Origin: Trichoplax adhaerens
Taxonomy: Eukaryota; Animalia; Placozoa
Length of the DNA: 64,000 bases
NCBI RefSeq assembly: GCF_000150275.1
Contig: NW_002060947.1
Location: forward strand, 1,787,740-1,851,739
Direction of reading: 5' to 3'
Shown: piece after piece, positions 13,801 through 26,900 of the stretch
Position numbering within the stretch: the stretch's first letter is position 1
Layout: every line of letters starts with the position of its first letter
Position numbers and translations under genes: made by a program
Notes under the pieces: model-generated
What the model saw: the letters and a program-made list of their open reading frames with translations, nothing else
What the model was told of the DNA's origin: nothing
Databases searched by the model: none

Positions 13801-16800
13801 TGCATTATACTTGGGGATTGCTGCTATTGATAGCAATGATGATGTACAGACGCGAAATCTATCTTGACATTTACCCTTTTTGTCTCCAAAATCGACTACA
13901 ACTATGTAGCCTTGCTTAGTACACAACCATACAGTTGTTGATTGATTGTCGCTCTCTTTAGTGGTAAATAAAAATTGTTCGAAATTGACAGATTGATCTT
14001 CTAACTTAAGACTACAACTATCGTCGGACTGACTGTATTGCTGGTTTTCGTTATCAATACTTCTATCTTGCTGTATTTCTTGTTGGGCAAACAAATCGTC
14101 TTCTGATGATGCTGTACTTGTGCAATTACTGGATCTTAAACTGGAATAGTTTGGCCAATTATTGTCGACATTTATAGTTCTTGTTGCCGCTATACAGACA
14201 TCTTGTGGCTCTAGAAATGATAGATATAAGGCTTTAAAGCTGCTTAAGTGTCTTTGCTTGCTAATATGATGGCCAATTACGGTATAATCTATTTTAAGGA
14301 AAGATAGAATATTAACGTATAAATATAAATATAGAAATTTATTCCTAATATATATTATAAGATCGGATGATTGAATAGACATCGTCAATTCGATAATTAG
14401 CAGTAGCATTTTCGAAATTTAATAATTGCTATTCAGCTTCCAGTGTAATTTTCTTATTTCAAAATAATAACATTAACAGATTATAATATCGATCTGCTAA
14501 CACATTTATATACGGGTTCATTTCCAATTTATATTACAAGATCGAACGATTAAACATTCATCATCAATTCTATAATCAACAAGTGCATCTTGGAAATTCA
14601 ATAATTAACTACTAATTCAGCCTCTAGAGTAATTTTATTATGACATTGTAACAATATTAATAGATTATGAAATCGATCTGTTAAAATAGTTGCCAAGTCT
14701 ATCATCTAATTTATGTGAAATTTGCAATATATGAGTAGTTAGGTTGAGTATGTTAGGATAAGGTTTCGACACCACCAATGGTTATAATAAATCATTATTC
14801 CGTTCTTTTGATCAAGAGATTAGCAAGTTTTCGTACAATTTTATTAAACTATTGCAGTCTAAGCTTATAAGAAATACAGGTAGCTGGTTAAGGTATGATA
14901 TCGATCGATTTATTGCATTAATATAGCAATTTAAATCTCATAATGATAATATTAGATTAGCTGAAGATTTTATCAGTAGCATAATCATAACAGGTTTATC
15001 TATTCTTTTATTAAATGCAGGTTTTAGATGGATAAATTTATAGATTTGAAAGTCTTAAAATCTTGCTAAATTTTATCTCATACTTACGTTTTGTCATTTC
15101 GCTATTGTCAATGGACTGAGTTCGGCTATTTTTATCAGTTATTTGTACAATAGTAAAAAAATAATCTTGATATTAGCTAGAGTTATACACTAACAGCCTA
15201 AATAAGTATCGTTCATTATACGAATATTTTTAAAAGAAATTTCTTAATCACGTTAGAATGAATTCGAGGAAGTTTAGCTTACCCTCTTAGTTTGTTGTGT
15301 TTCCTAAGTCGCTTCAGGCTATGATTCTTTTTCAAAAGCCTACCGGCCTTATTTTTAGTATTTGCAACCGATATTTGTCGTTTTTCTTTTGCTTTATTAT
15401 TAATAGCTGTTAAACTAAGCAGCAACCAAGACATAAAGGAAAACAAAGTGAATGATAATTGATTATGCAGGTAACAAAATGATATCCACATTTATTTACT
15501 TATTTATTAGGATTGTTAAATGTGGATAAATAAAATAAAATTCGTGTATCTATACATATACGCATAACTTATGTATTTTAATATAAAAAATATGCGCGTA
15601 TTCCATATAAGAAGTAACATGTATAAATGACTTACATTGATTTTATTTTCCATTTACTTTTTCTGCCTCTGTCCGCATTTTGGTCGTCACTACATAATTT
15701 GAAATTTTGAAAGGTTACACCAGCTGTATGGCTACATACTATATTAATATTGATATTAGCTGATTAAATTTGAGTTTCTAGCATTAAAAGTAGAATATCT
15801 GCGCTATTAAATCATTTGGTCTGTATGATATAGCCTAATAAGGATTGATCAAGACAATAAATAATTGCTTAAATGACTAGTGGTAGTGACGATAAAGCTA
15901 GATTTATAAGTGTCCTTAAATTACTTTGTGGCAGTGCTAACGATAGCATAGGCTTTTTATCAGGCAGAAATTGAATTAAAGGCGATTATAGTATTCTTAT
16001 GCCCGAGTTGGATATACTATTAGTGTATCGCTACCGCTTGCTACCTATTTTTATTTGTATTAGTCTTATAGTAAGCAACCTAGCGTGATACTTCAAGAAA
16101 TTATTATGCAAAGATACATAAAGGTTTTCGTTCAAAGTTTAACTTAGGACTACTGTAATATTCTAGCAGTCTATTTACCCGCCCGTTGGATCATGAGTTA
16201 TTCTATATGTAATACTACTAAGATATATATTTAGTTTTAGAATGTTGCATAACTTACTTTTCAGTTGATAATTCATGCAAAATTCTAGTCCTTTCTTTTA
16301 ATTTAACTTCTTTGGATGTAGATTCTTGTAGATTCTATATAATGAATCAATCAATTAGTAAGAGATGAATTTATACAGCAACATTGGTGAGTTGCAACAT
16401 TATGAGTATTATGACCATTCCTAAAAAAACAGCTTTAATGGTCACCGCTAACTTTGAAAACCTTAGATTTACTAATAATTTTATAAGTCTGCTGCTTGTC
16501 TTGCATTTGGATTAATCACTGTGATAAAAATACATTATAATTGCGGAATCATAGCTTATTAATTTACAGATATGTGACTTTTCGTTAATTTAGCAGAAAT
16601 ATCATGAGTATTTAATATTGCTATTGAAGGATTGCTAAAGATTCTCCTGTAACTATAATAGAATTGACGGATATATTTGTAAATTTGTACAATGCCATTA
16701 ATTGTGAGCGGCTATCATTGCTAGTGAAGAACTGCTAAAAATTCTGCTGAAGCTATAATAGAATTGATGGATATATTTGTAAATATTTTTGGCGCTATTA

Positions 16801-18396
16801 ATCATGAGTAGCTAACACTGTTACTGAAGGATTGCTAATAATTTCCGTATGACGACATTAGAATTGATAGGTATATTCGTAAGTCTGTATACCATTGTTA
16901 AATATAATATCGGTTGAAATGTCATTATACTTTATAGTTATAGGTTTTACCTTTCCAGGTAATAATATATTGGCCAGTTTTGCATAGAAATAAAACGTCG
17001 CTTTCTCATATTCTTCCTCCCAATCATACCACGGGAGATATTCATTGTCATCTCGTGATATTTTAACATTCTTACCATATGGTGAGGTATGAGAACGAAG
17101 ACGATGTTGATAGCGAACACCATAAGATGTAAATTCTAATTGATTGATTTCACTATCGCTAAAAGCTCGATCATTATTGTCCTCTTCATCATCATCCAAC
17201 ATGTCATTGCTGTCATAATCATTTTCATCGCTATCAATCATTTGCTGTGTCCATTTTAAAGTTTGATCTTTAATATTGTATTCTATTGGATATTTTGAAT
17301 ATTCGTATAGAAATGAACAAGAGTATTTTAGATAATTAAGCTTATTAAATTATGGTGATTCATAATTTAGCCATATTATTAATTTAATAATAATGGTAGG
17401 TCATCATCTTACTCTATATTTGTTATGTAGGGAACTAAATTTCTATTACCAAGAAAAGGGATTAAATACATTAATTAATGGTAAAGTAAATCTAAGAACA
17501 CTTTTTTGGTGACGTAGATTTAGTTTCATAGATAGTAGTATATAAGTACATTTAATACTGAAAATTATAATATAGTACATAAAATATACAATCAATTATA
17601 GTCACACCTAATTTAAAATTTGTACCGATAGATTAACTTAAGGATGGTATAGCTTATTAAATAACGGGAACTCATAAAGACATTCATATACCGCTGTGAT
17701 AATAGCGTAAATCAACTTACCTGGATAATGATGATTTAATGCATGAACTGTTGCTGTACCGTTAGTATGATCGCAAATGTTGTCTTTTATTGTACAAGCT
17801 AAACGGAATTCAGTCATAAATAGATTTACATCAATTATTGAACCATTCCGTGATAACTGTTGATTGATTTGGTGTACTTTTGAGTCTTTAAGCTGCTCGT
17901 TTTCTGTAATTGGATGTATCATTTGTGATCCAAGCCATTGATGAAATGGTGATAGCATAAATAAACATTAAAATAGGATTAATTAAAGAGGCAAACTAAA
18001 GTTAAAGATGGGATATGCTTAGTTTAATAAGATTATTTCACCTTGAGATTGTGTAAAAAAGAGAGTATCAAGTCTTTCCTGTAAGTTACGGCGTTGTAAT
18101 TCAGCGCAGATCCCTATATGATCAAGTATTGATAGAAATTTGGAGAAATGAGCGAGAATTTTGTCTTTATTAGCGACAAGAAATAGTTGATTCTGATCTG
18201 GGTGGATGGCACGCTTTATTTTATCCTGATTATAGATCTTCCATTGGCTTGCTGTTAATGGATCAATCATTTTATGGTGAATAAATCGATTGATAACAGC
18301 ATTAGTTGGCATCAATTGGGTTAAATCACGAAAGAATTCCGTTGCCAATTGATTGGAATTGAGAGATTTGATCGTGATGGAATCTTTGTCTTGCAT
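10845..18396 (-). CDS. Protein with a JIP3/JIP4 (MAPK8IP3/SPAG9)/ARHGEF10/17-type C-terminal WD40 propeller and a possible N-terminal CARD-like death fold; ~13 exons, 5' end uncertain
   Basis: Phase-consistent exons give VWLCTKQGYIVVVD..QDRFRVCTSSLLSIAAIP; CMWIGSESGWLYIYE..LHSLSLKDSILSLHYNQDRVFVGLVSGTLIVFERD..GNWKF; LWCSCGNMLHVIRLDNMQIE; CVTAMVAHHNCLWIGTNIGSVLRLP; HRSAVRLLL. These parallel JIP3 (MWLGAQNGWLYVH, HSIKLKDSVLSL, LWIGT.NG, GHRDAVKFF). Confidence 0.8.
14465..14720. repeat. Degenerate intronic direct repeat, ~184-bp spacing
   Basis: attaacagattataatatcgatctgctaa (~14472) versus attaatagattatgaaatcgatctgttaa (~14656). Confidence 0.65.
16595..16885. repeat. Intronic tandem repeat, ~100-bp unit, ~3 copies
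   Basis: tataatagaattgacggatatatttgtaaat at ~16654 and a near-identical copy at ~16755, with a degenerate third copy at ~16858. tgaagg/aattgcta also recurs at ~100-bp spacing. Confidence 0.85.
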
Positions 18397-18450
18397 CTTG
18401 GCTAAGGATTATTACTTAAAGTGATGTAGAATAGTTTCTATATCCAAGCA

Positions 18451-18720
18451 AATCAAAAATTAAAATTACGAGAGAATAATTGCAAGATGATCGAGTAGAG
18501 GTACGCTTTAAAATTGAACTGAAGTAAATAAATGATAGAATTACGAGCATTACTTATGGTGACATAGAATAGTATATATGAACGAGACCGGATGCGAAAT
18601 CGGTCATATTGCAAACTGCCCGGGCAGTTTGGTATATTCAAGTAAATCAATAATGAAAATTACAAGAGAATAGTTGCAAGATGATTGAATAGAGGAATGC
18701 TTTTAAATTGGGTTGAAAAA
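18451..18720. repeat. Direct repeat pair (~75 bp each, ~194 bp apart)
   Basis: aaaattacgagagaataattgcaagatgatcgagtagagg versus aaaattacaagagaatagttgcaagatgattgaatagagg. Confidence 0.8.
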
Positions 18721-21700
18721 ATTCATAGTTACTATTGAGCTTGATCTTGCTCTAGATATTGTGGCTTAAATGCTATAGCAACTGGTTTCAATAGCGTTTC
18801 ATTATTATTATTATTGGCTAATCGTTGTAAATGATACAACTAGCTAATGATCAAAGTGGCTACTTGGTAATAGATATGGAATTTTAACTAGTCATTGTTA
18901 GCCTACTATTTAATATCGAAGTAGCTATTAAGTAGAGAAGGGCATAATAAGAGTATTAAGATATAAATTGAATCGCATAATATAGAATTAGTAAAATCTA
19001 TGCTACTATCTGCCAATTTCATTGTTAATATTCAGTAATTCTAGAAGAAAATTGGCGTGGCAGATGTTCTTATATTGCAAATCGGAACATCATGCTCGTA
19101 TATATAGAATATAGGTAGGTTTTATATTAGATACTAACGACTATATTTCTAATACGCCAAGCCTAGGGTTGTAGCATTTAATTTTTTTACGTGTATTCCA
19201 ATATCTTGGGCAAAAAGCCTGTTGGACAGATGTCATTATACTGTAATGTAAATTGGCTACACTACCTTATAAAAAAAATGTCTACAGCTGCTATACGTAT
19301 ACAGTATATAAACTTATGCTCTACATCTCAATATTTCTTTCTTTTGGTAATAGAGTTCAGCATAATAGTAAAAGGTATCATAATCCAAGTCTAGTTCTGC
19401 TTTATATTGTCGTAGATTAGAGTCGACACTAGCAAATTCATCATTTGAGCTAGGTATTGAAGTAATATTGTGGCATGAATGTAAATAGAAATTTGGAGTC
19501 TATAACAGAGACTACCTCTAGGATATACTATCCTGATGTTCTAATTTTTGATAAATGAATTTGGTATTTGGCTATTTCATTAATTTCTTGAAGAAATAGC
19601 CATCATAGTCCGTAAGCTTCGCTACAATACAGAGAAATAACTGAATTCTATTTTTGCTAAAGTTATAACTGCTATTGATGAAAACTGAGTCCTGACTGTA
19701 TACTGATATGATGGAATGTTTTCTTTAAGGAGGAGCTAGCATAAATGGCATCCTAACATTGGTATTAGAATACTGTGTATACCTTAAAAAGGCCCTACCA
19801 CCTATATTGTGAGCATAATTTATATCTGCCATAAGATCAACAACTAAATAACTAAGAATGATAATTAAAATTAAACTTTTATACTTAAAGCTTATTTTTC
19901 ATGAGTACTCATTCGTATGACTTGTAATAAAATTTAATGATATGAAATTATAAGAAAGTTGCAATCACTCAATCATAGCAATAGCTTTTAGAACTCTATC
20001 TAGCAAGAATTCGGTCTTGATTTTATTGCAAACGAAGCCAACAGACTAATAATTTCGCCTATCATGGAAATCAAGTACATGCATCGTATTTTTCTCCACT
20101 GTAGAGTATTTTAATCATTGAAAGTTGTTGACAAACGGACGGAGTTGTGCTACTAGGAATGATAGTGTAGATTATACTATAGTTCAATTCCAAATGCTAA
20201 TTTAGATTGTTCTCCTCGTATGCTAGTACTATCAAGATCAATTAAGATATTACTTCAATAAATGTTAAAATATTGATCGAGTGTTTACAGTAATCATAAA
20301 TTAGGTAAGAGTAACCCTTTGGCATAATTTAGCATATTTATAAAAACGATCGTTGATAGCTGTATGGTTAGAGCTTCTTTTAGTTTTGAATTGCGGCCTG
20401 AACCAAGTTTGCTCATAATTACTCTAACTAAAGTTGAAGTTACAGGAAAAGCAGTTTGAAATTCTAATATAGCCGGCCATCGTCTTATGATTAGATCAGA
20501 CCATTCATTTTGTTTGTACAGCACGTCTTATGAAGTTACTACTGTAGAATCTTTTTCCGGTAAGTACTACCACTTGAGTACAACAATTACCCAATAGCCA
20601 ATCTCAATTCTAGATATTACGGCAATCATTTTATACGATCATATTGGGATCATCAGTTTAAGCCATTATGGAGCTACTATTTGGTATAACTTAAGTCATC
20701 TGTGACACTAGCCTAAATTGCATTTACTAGCTACAACTAGTAACTTACGATCATATCATTTGCTTTAATTTTAATGCAATCGTAACCAAGTTGTTGTCAA
20801 TAGTTTAGGCTAAGCAAAGATTGCTGGTGCCATTTAGGATAATGTAAACCATGAAATGTGCAACTTAAATAGTAATTATCTTTATGGTAGATCTTACAGT
20901 AACTGAGTGGTAATACAATCTCGATTAAGTTATAAAATCAATTTAAGAAAAGGTAAAACTCCATTTAGTCTAAATAGACGCCATTCATGGAAGCAGTTAG
21001 AAAGATAGTTATCAATAACGATAATTTTGAGGCTTGATGATGGAAATAACTTGACTATTTTCTGAAAACATAATCTAGCGGTAGAATGGGCTTTAAATCT
21101 AGCAAAATTTGTCATTTAAGATAGTATAAAATATTCAAATCCAATTTAAGTGTCGCTCAGCAATAGTAGTGTCGTTAATACTTCATTACAATATTAATAT
21201 AGCTTCTAATAAAATCCTGATCGAGTTACTACGATCGGTTTAAGTAAAAGAAAATTGCAGGGTTATTTACAGATTGGGTTCGTCTAGTAGGACAAGACTG
21301 TAGTTTACTTATGGTTACCTGTTACAATTTTAAATTATACATTGATCACTTACAATTTGTGCAAGACTCTACCAATATGGTCGAGATTCATCAATAAGCT
21401 TGATTTTGCTTGACAGTAGATATAGGATCTAGCTAGCTATGGAAATTCGTTGACATACAATTTCTCCAGGTTTGGCTTTTAAATTTAAATGAAATGATTA
21501 TGTGATGTATATCGCGCTTACTGCTATTATCTATTAATTAATCGATAGCGTGGTTGTTTTTATTGAGCACCTTGAACATATGGAGCAGCTATTATGCATT
21601 GCATACGTACACGATCACACGCCAATCGAAAATAGTATTGCTTTAGCATAATATGCTCGATAGTACAAGAAATTATCGGTAAAAAGATTGGAGAGGGGGA

Positions 21701-23099
21701 TTGGCAATTATTTTAAAATCGTATTTCGGTTGTTAATAATTTGATTAACGGAGGTAGAGTGATCATCTACTAATCTTCTGTTCATGATTGGTCTATTTTT
21801 GCAGTTATAGGGATCTATCCAAGCTTATATCCCGCTGATTATGAACTTGACCTTAGTTATAACTGTTAATCGGTCAAGATCTAAGAAGAATTCATTGATG
21901 AATATTTCCAACAGATTTTATATGGACGATAAAAATTGAATTAATAAATTAGTCAAACACACAAGCTGCTAACCTTTCGATGTATTATAGATCTTGGATA
22001 AAAATACTTCTATTTAATTTCATTTTGAGCCACCACTTGATTTAGCATTGGTATTATAGACAAATACTGTATGCTGTAGGTATTTAAAATAAGTATTCCC
22101 AGTTCATGCGAGACGAACAAACCTTTTAAGCCCAATTAAAGAACATAATATAGTTTGTTTATACTGTTGGAAGGACAGAGTGAGCTAATGCTTGAGATAT
22201 CATGCTGGAATAAAATAAATATTCTTCATTCATCATACGGTCCTTCATGGAATATACAGTTACGCCCGTCATTGATTGATCCTTATATCCATTCCATTAA
22301 AATAGATATCTTTCTAGCCTTAATGGCTGCTAGCAAAATGGATGCACGCTTATATAATTCGTATCTATAATTATGCAGTCATGCAAGGCTTTTGCAGCTT
22401 TGCATTTAGCATGGCAATTACACATACTTTGCTGTCAGAAACAAAATATCCAAATAGCCTTTGCAAAAGACCTTGTTTTCTAAACTTTTCCAGTTAATTT
22501 AAGAATTGTCCATACAAAACCATACATTTACTTAATGTACAGAAATTAATGTGAAAAGGCGAGCCAATACCAGTAATGGCTGCATTACGGGCTTCGGCTG
22601 AAACACTTTTCAAAATTAGTTATTGGTTTGAAATACTTTGAAATTTTACACTATTTCGCTATTCTTCAACTAAAGTCGTAATATTCTTAAAGATTTATAC
22701 CGTATATATTTAAAATAACTCGAAAATTACGATACTTCGATTAATTTGAAAGTAGGTCTTACCCACTGATTAGATTATTTATGAATAATCCAGTTTTTGT
22801 TCTTACGCAGGGTTAAAATACCAACAATTTTATGATATGTAGTAAAAGAATCTGAGGTGTTCTACCTAATTTTCATATAAAATATTTGTCTAAAGTCCAG
22901 ATTAATTTTTAAAAGGACTTATTAAGACTTTAAATTCTCATATTTTGCGGTTAATTCTTAACATGATATCCATCACATTTATATTTGTATTTATATTTTG
23001 TTCAATCACCCGCGTGTTTAGTCATTAATTTACCTATCTGTGCGTCGAATGTATCTTATTTTGCTTGTTATATCTATCATGTCTTTCACATTCACGTTG

Positions 23100-23200
23100 C
23101 TTTCTCTATTTATCTGTTTATCTATCTATCTATCTATTTGTCTATTTATCTATCTACCTATCTATTTACAATTCTATGTCTATACATAATTATCTATGTA
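23100..23200. repeat. Imperfect (TCTA)n microsatellite
   Basis: tatctatctatctatctatttgtctatttatctatctacctatctattt. Confidence 0.9.
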
Positions 23201-23929
23201 CAGTATATCGGCCTATCGATGCTCATCTTACAATTCAAGTAAATCTGTTCGTCGTTTTTCTCAAATATCGGAAACGAATTAAAAATGAATCGGCTATATG
23301 GGTGTAAATGTGGCATGGGTTATGAGAGGTTATGAAAAATATATTTCACACTTTATTTCGATTTCCATTCAGCACAAAATTTAATAGCTTTTATTAATGA
23401 GATTTATTGAGATAGAGCAGATTACCGCCAATTACACTATCAAAAGATACACGCTAAATAAAACGGGTTTGTTTTAAATATTGTTCTAGTAACACTAGAA
23501 GAATCTTGCAAGTACTTACGCCTTACATAATATGTGATTAGCATATACACGATGTTTCTACAGCTTTAAAGAATATAATTAAACTATTAAATAATCTTGA
23601 TATTTAACTATCATAATCTATCTAATAGACCTAAAGATACTATGATTGGACTAAAGCATATCAATTTAAAATTCATACGAAACCTACGATTATATATATT
23701 ATCTATGTAGTAAATGAAAGATGTTTAATAATTCTTATTATGTACGATGTCTGGAAAATAGGAAAGAATAATATTTCATAATATTAAACTGTTAGTTAAA
23801 CCATGATAAGGTAAAATTAGAGGTAATAAACAGCATCCATGCATACGAAATTATCCGTAAATCAATCAGCAAATCATCATTAAATCATGCTAAAGTAGTA
23901 CAGTATATCACGATTTATTGTTCTACCGT

Positions 23930-26900
23930 CTAAAAAAAAGCTTCGCTTTCAGGAACTCTACCGAGAATACTGTACTGATTCTTTGCATTAGTTAAGATAA
24001 AAGATGATTGTTGAGAATTCCATTTCATACTCCACGCGGTAAAGTAAGGAAAAGACAAAATATGGAGTAACTTTAAAGTTGTGGCTTGGTAAATATACAT
24101 TTTTCTGACCACACGATCAAATGTGAAGTAGAATTTCTGTGACCATAAGTTTTCTATATTTAGAACTTGTGTATAAGTACTTAGTTCTAATTTGTTTTTC
24201 TTAAAGCCTTTAACCAATACATCTTGATATGGATCCAAAACCTATTTATAATTATTATTTCATCATGATTAATATCATTCTCAATATGATAGCTTAATGT
24301 TAAAATTAAGAAAATTAATTACAGAGAAATGATCTTCTTTTGTGATTAAAAAGTATTCGTTCCGATCTTGCGGAATAATCGCTTTCTTCATTCAAGAAGG
24401 AATATGAATTAAGTTTAAGAATCATACAGAACAATCTCGTATTAAATTGGTTTAAAGATGCAAATCATGTTGGAAAGGATTCTCCATTGAATGAAATTGC
24501 TTACAAAAATTTCTGTGTCGTTTGGTCCCCAAATTCTCTTGAAAATTTCTTGATCTAAATTGAAAATCGAGACTTTCATCTTCAATTTACCTATATTTTT
24601 AGTTATTACGTCAATTTTTAAAGCCAGACCAGAACCAAATTGATACGTTAGTTGTTGCTTAAGTTTAATCCTATCGGTGCCAATTTTATACCACTGTAAG
24701 AGTAAAAATTAATAGAGATAATTACTACCATATTTAAAGAAAATATGCTAATAACATAAGCCAATTAATTCTGATAAGTACATGGCTCAAATGAAAGCTA
24801 TTGTCCATTTATTGTTCTATTTACTTCTACTTCTATCGTTCAGCTTAATTAATTATTAAGAGCAATTACAGCTACCTTAATACTGCATTTGCAACAATCT
24901 TCTACCCATTGCCGAGTAATAAGATTGTAGTCGTCGAAATAGATTATTCTTATTTGTTCATGTATTTCCGTGTTATAATCAAAGCAGTTTATTCTTGCTA
25001 AAGTATTACTATCGACCATAATGATTAAAGCTCGCTCGCCGTGATTGATTGTCTAAATAAGCAAATTTTTATATGTGTTGTTAATGCTTCTGTTCATCAT
25101 CATCGATTATCATGTTAGATTGATGAATTTGTTACCAAACAAATAAGGATACATTGCTATCATTTATTATCTCTATTCCTTGTTCATAAGCCTGATCTAC
25201 AGACTATAGTTCTTACCATAATATTTACTATTAATATTATATTGCTGTCAGCTTTACGATGTCTTGATGATATTACTCTGAATTCTTTAACTTGATCTGG
25301 TATATGAAATTCCGAAATTCTTTTTTCTCTCGTACCCGTTGTCGTGCATTGAAAGTTAGTCAGCTTTCAAGTTATAGGATTTAACATTAAAACAGCTTTA
25401 TAGTCATTTTCACCAGTCTAATATTAGTAGATATTATACATTCCATTTACCTCTGCTATTGTAATATGCCAGCGAAGTAATGACTGATCTGGAAGATCAT
25501 CATTTTCTGGACATTTACATACGCCAACTAAGATTGCAGATGGAAAGTCATCATACAAGAAGCACTGCTGATATTTTTCATCTAGCTTAATCGAGAACTT
25601 CTGTTCACTCCGATAACCTTGAAATATCTTATAGGATATTGCAATATTTATTAAGTTCTATAGCATGTATTTCAGGCAGAACTGATAATTTGGCAGTAAT
25701 TTAAAGTCGAGATAATAAGATAGATTGATATCCTACCTTGATTTCGCAATTACCCTCTGCTCCGCATGTTATTAGTTGTGCAACAACTGGAATATCATCT
25801 ATAAAGGTACAACTTGTGTCTATAATATTTTCATAGTCTTCATAGCCGATGCTCTCCTGGCGTCTTAATAATATATCATTCCAGCCACTTTGCCATTCTA
25901 TATATATATAGGGAGAGTGAGTGAAAGTAAAAAATATTGCGAAATAATTATTGATATACGCAGCTTGCTTTGATCTACTTTCATTGGAACAACAGCTACC
26001 TGATAAATTATATTCATATACAGACTGAGAATTCTCATATTCATAGACTAGTAGTCTCGGAGTTTTAGGGATAAATGATAACTTTTTCAAGCCAATTGGA
26101 CTATCTATCTTTAAACACTTATTAGCCAGCCCGTTGATAGTTTTAATTACTGTTATCTGTAAAGAAGAAAGTATTTTTGACGAGGGTTATAAGGATACCA
26201 TTAGCCTTTCGTGATCAATCTATGATTGCTTAATTAAGGCAGAAGAAAGAATTAAATAATACTATAATACTTCGTAATGGCATAGAATTGCAATCAATTG
26301 CCCATCATCAGAAATTTTAATAGCATCGATGTTAAATGGACTNTGATAGATGGGTACAAAGAAATTTCCAAAATTCTGAACTATATCAAATGTAGTTTGG
26401 CTGTTAGGTTCCGTGGCTATAACACCAAGAATTTTTCCATAGGCCATAGCAATTGTAGCATCACGCTGCCCAATATGCACAACATGATCTAATATGTGGC
26501 CTTGGCCAACATTATTACTCAGTTTAACTTGATTATTAGACCAGATAATTCGCGCCGGTACCGTATATATCTGCTTATATTGATGTTCTTCTATATCCCA
26601 AATCTATAAATTGAGAACTATATTAATGCCTGATATCATCGTATGTAATCTTCAAATAAATTATAAATACGAAAAAAATTCTTGACCTGCAATTTATAGC
26701 TAATTATTTCTCGTTTCTTATCAAATTGATGATCTTGATTCCGCCAAAATAGAATCATTCTGCCATTTTGTATAAATTCACACTGATGTACACCGGCTTC
26801 GAAGAAGAAGGGATTATTTACTGATTGAATTTGACTACCTTCGATTCTCCAAATCTGTATAAATTAGATATGCATATATTTTAATGTATGTTACTACAAG

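Noticed and set aside
22985-23307. ORFs with LSIY repeats
   Set aside because: They are a translation artefact of the (TCTA)n microsatellite.
18396-23930. Fusion of the APAF-1-like gene with the downstream JIP-like gene
   Set aside because: The APAF-1-like last exon ends in a stop at 23930, and no linking exons were identified.
25217-25363. Apparent frameshift or pseudogenisation in an APAF-1-like exon
   Set aside because: An upstream acceptor (gaaag|CTGACT) restores phase 0 and an open frame.
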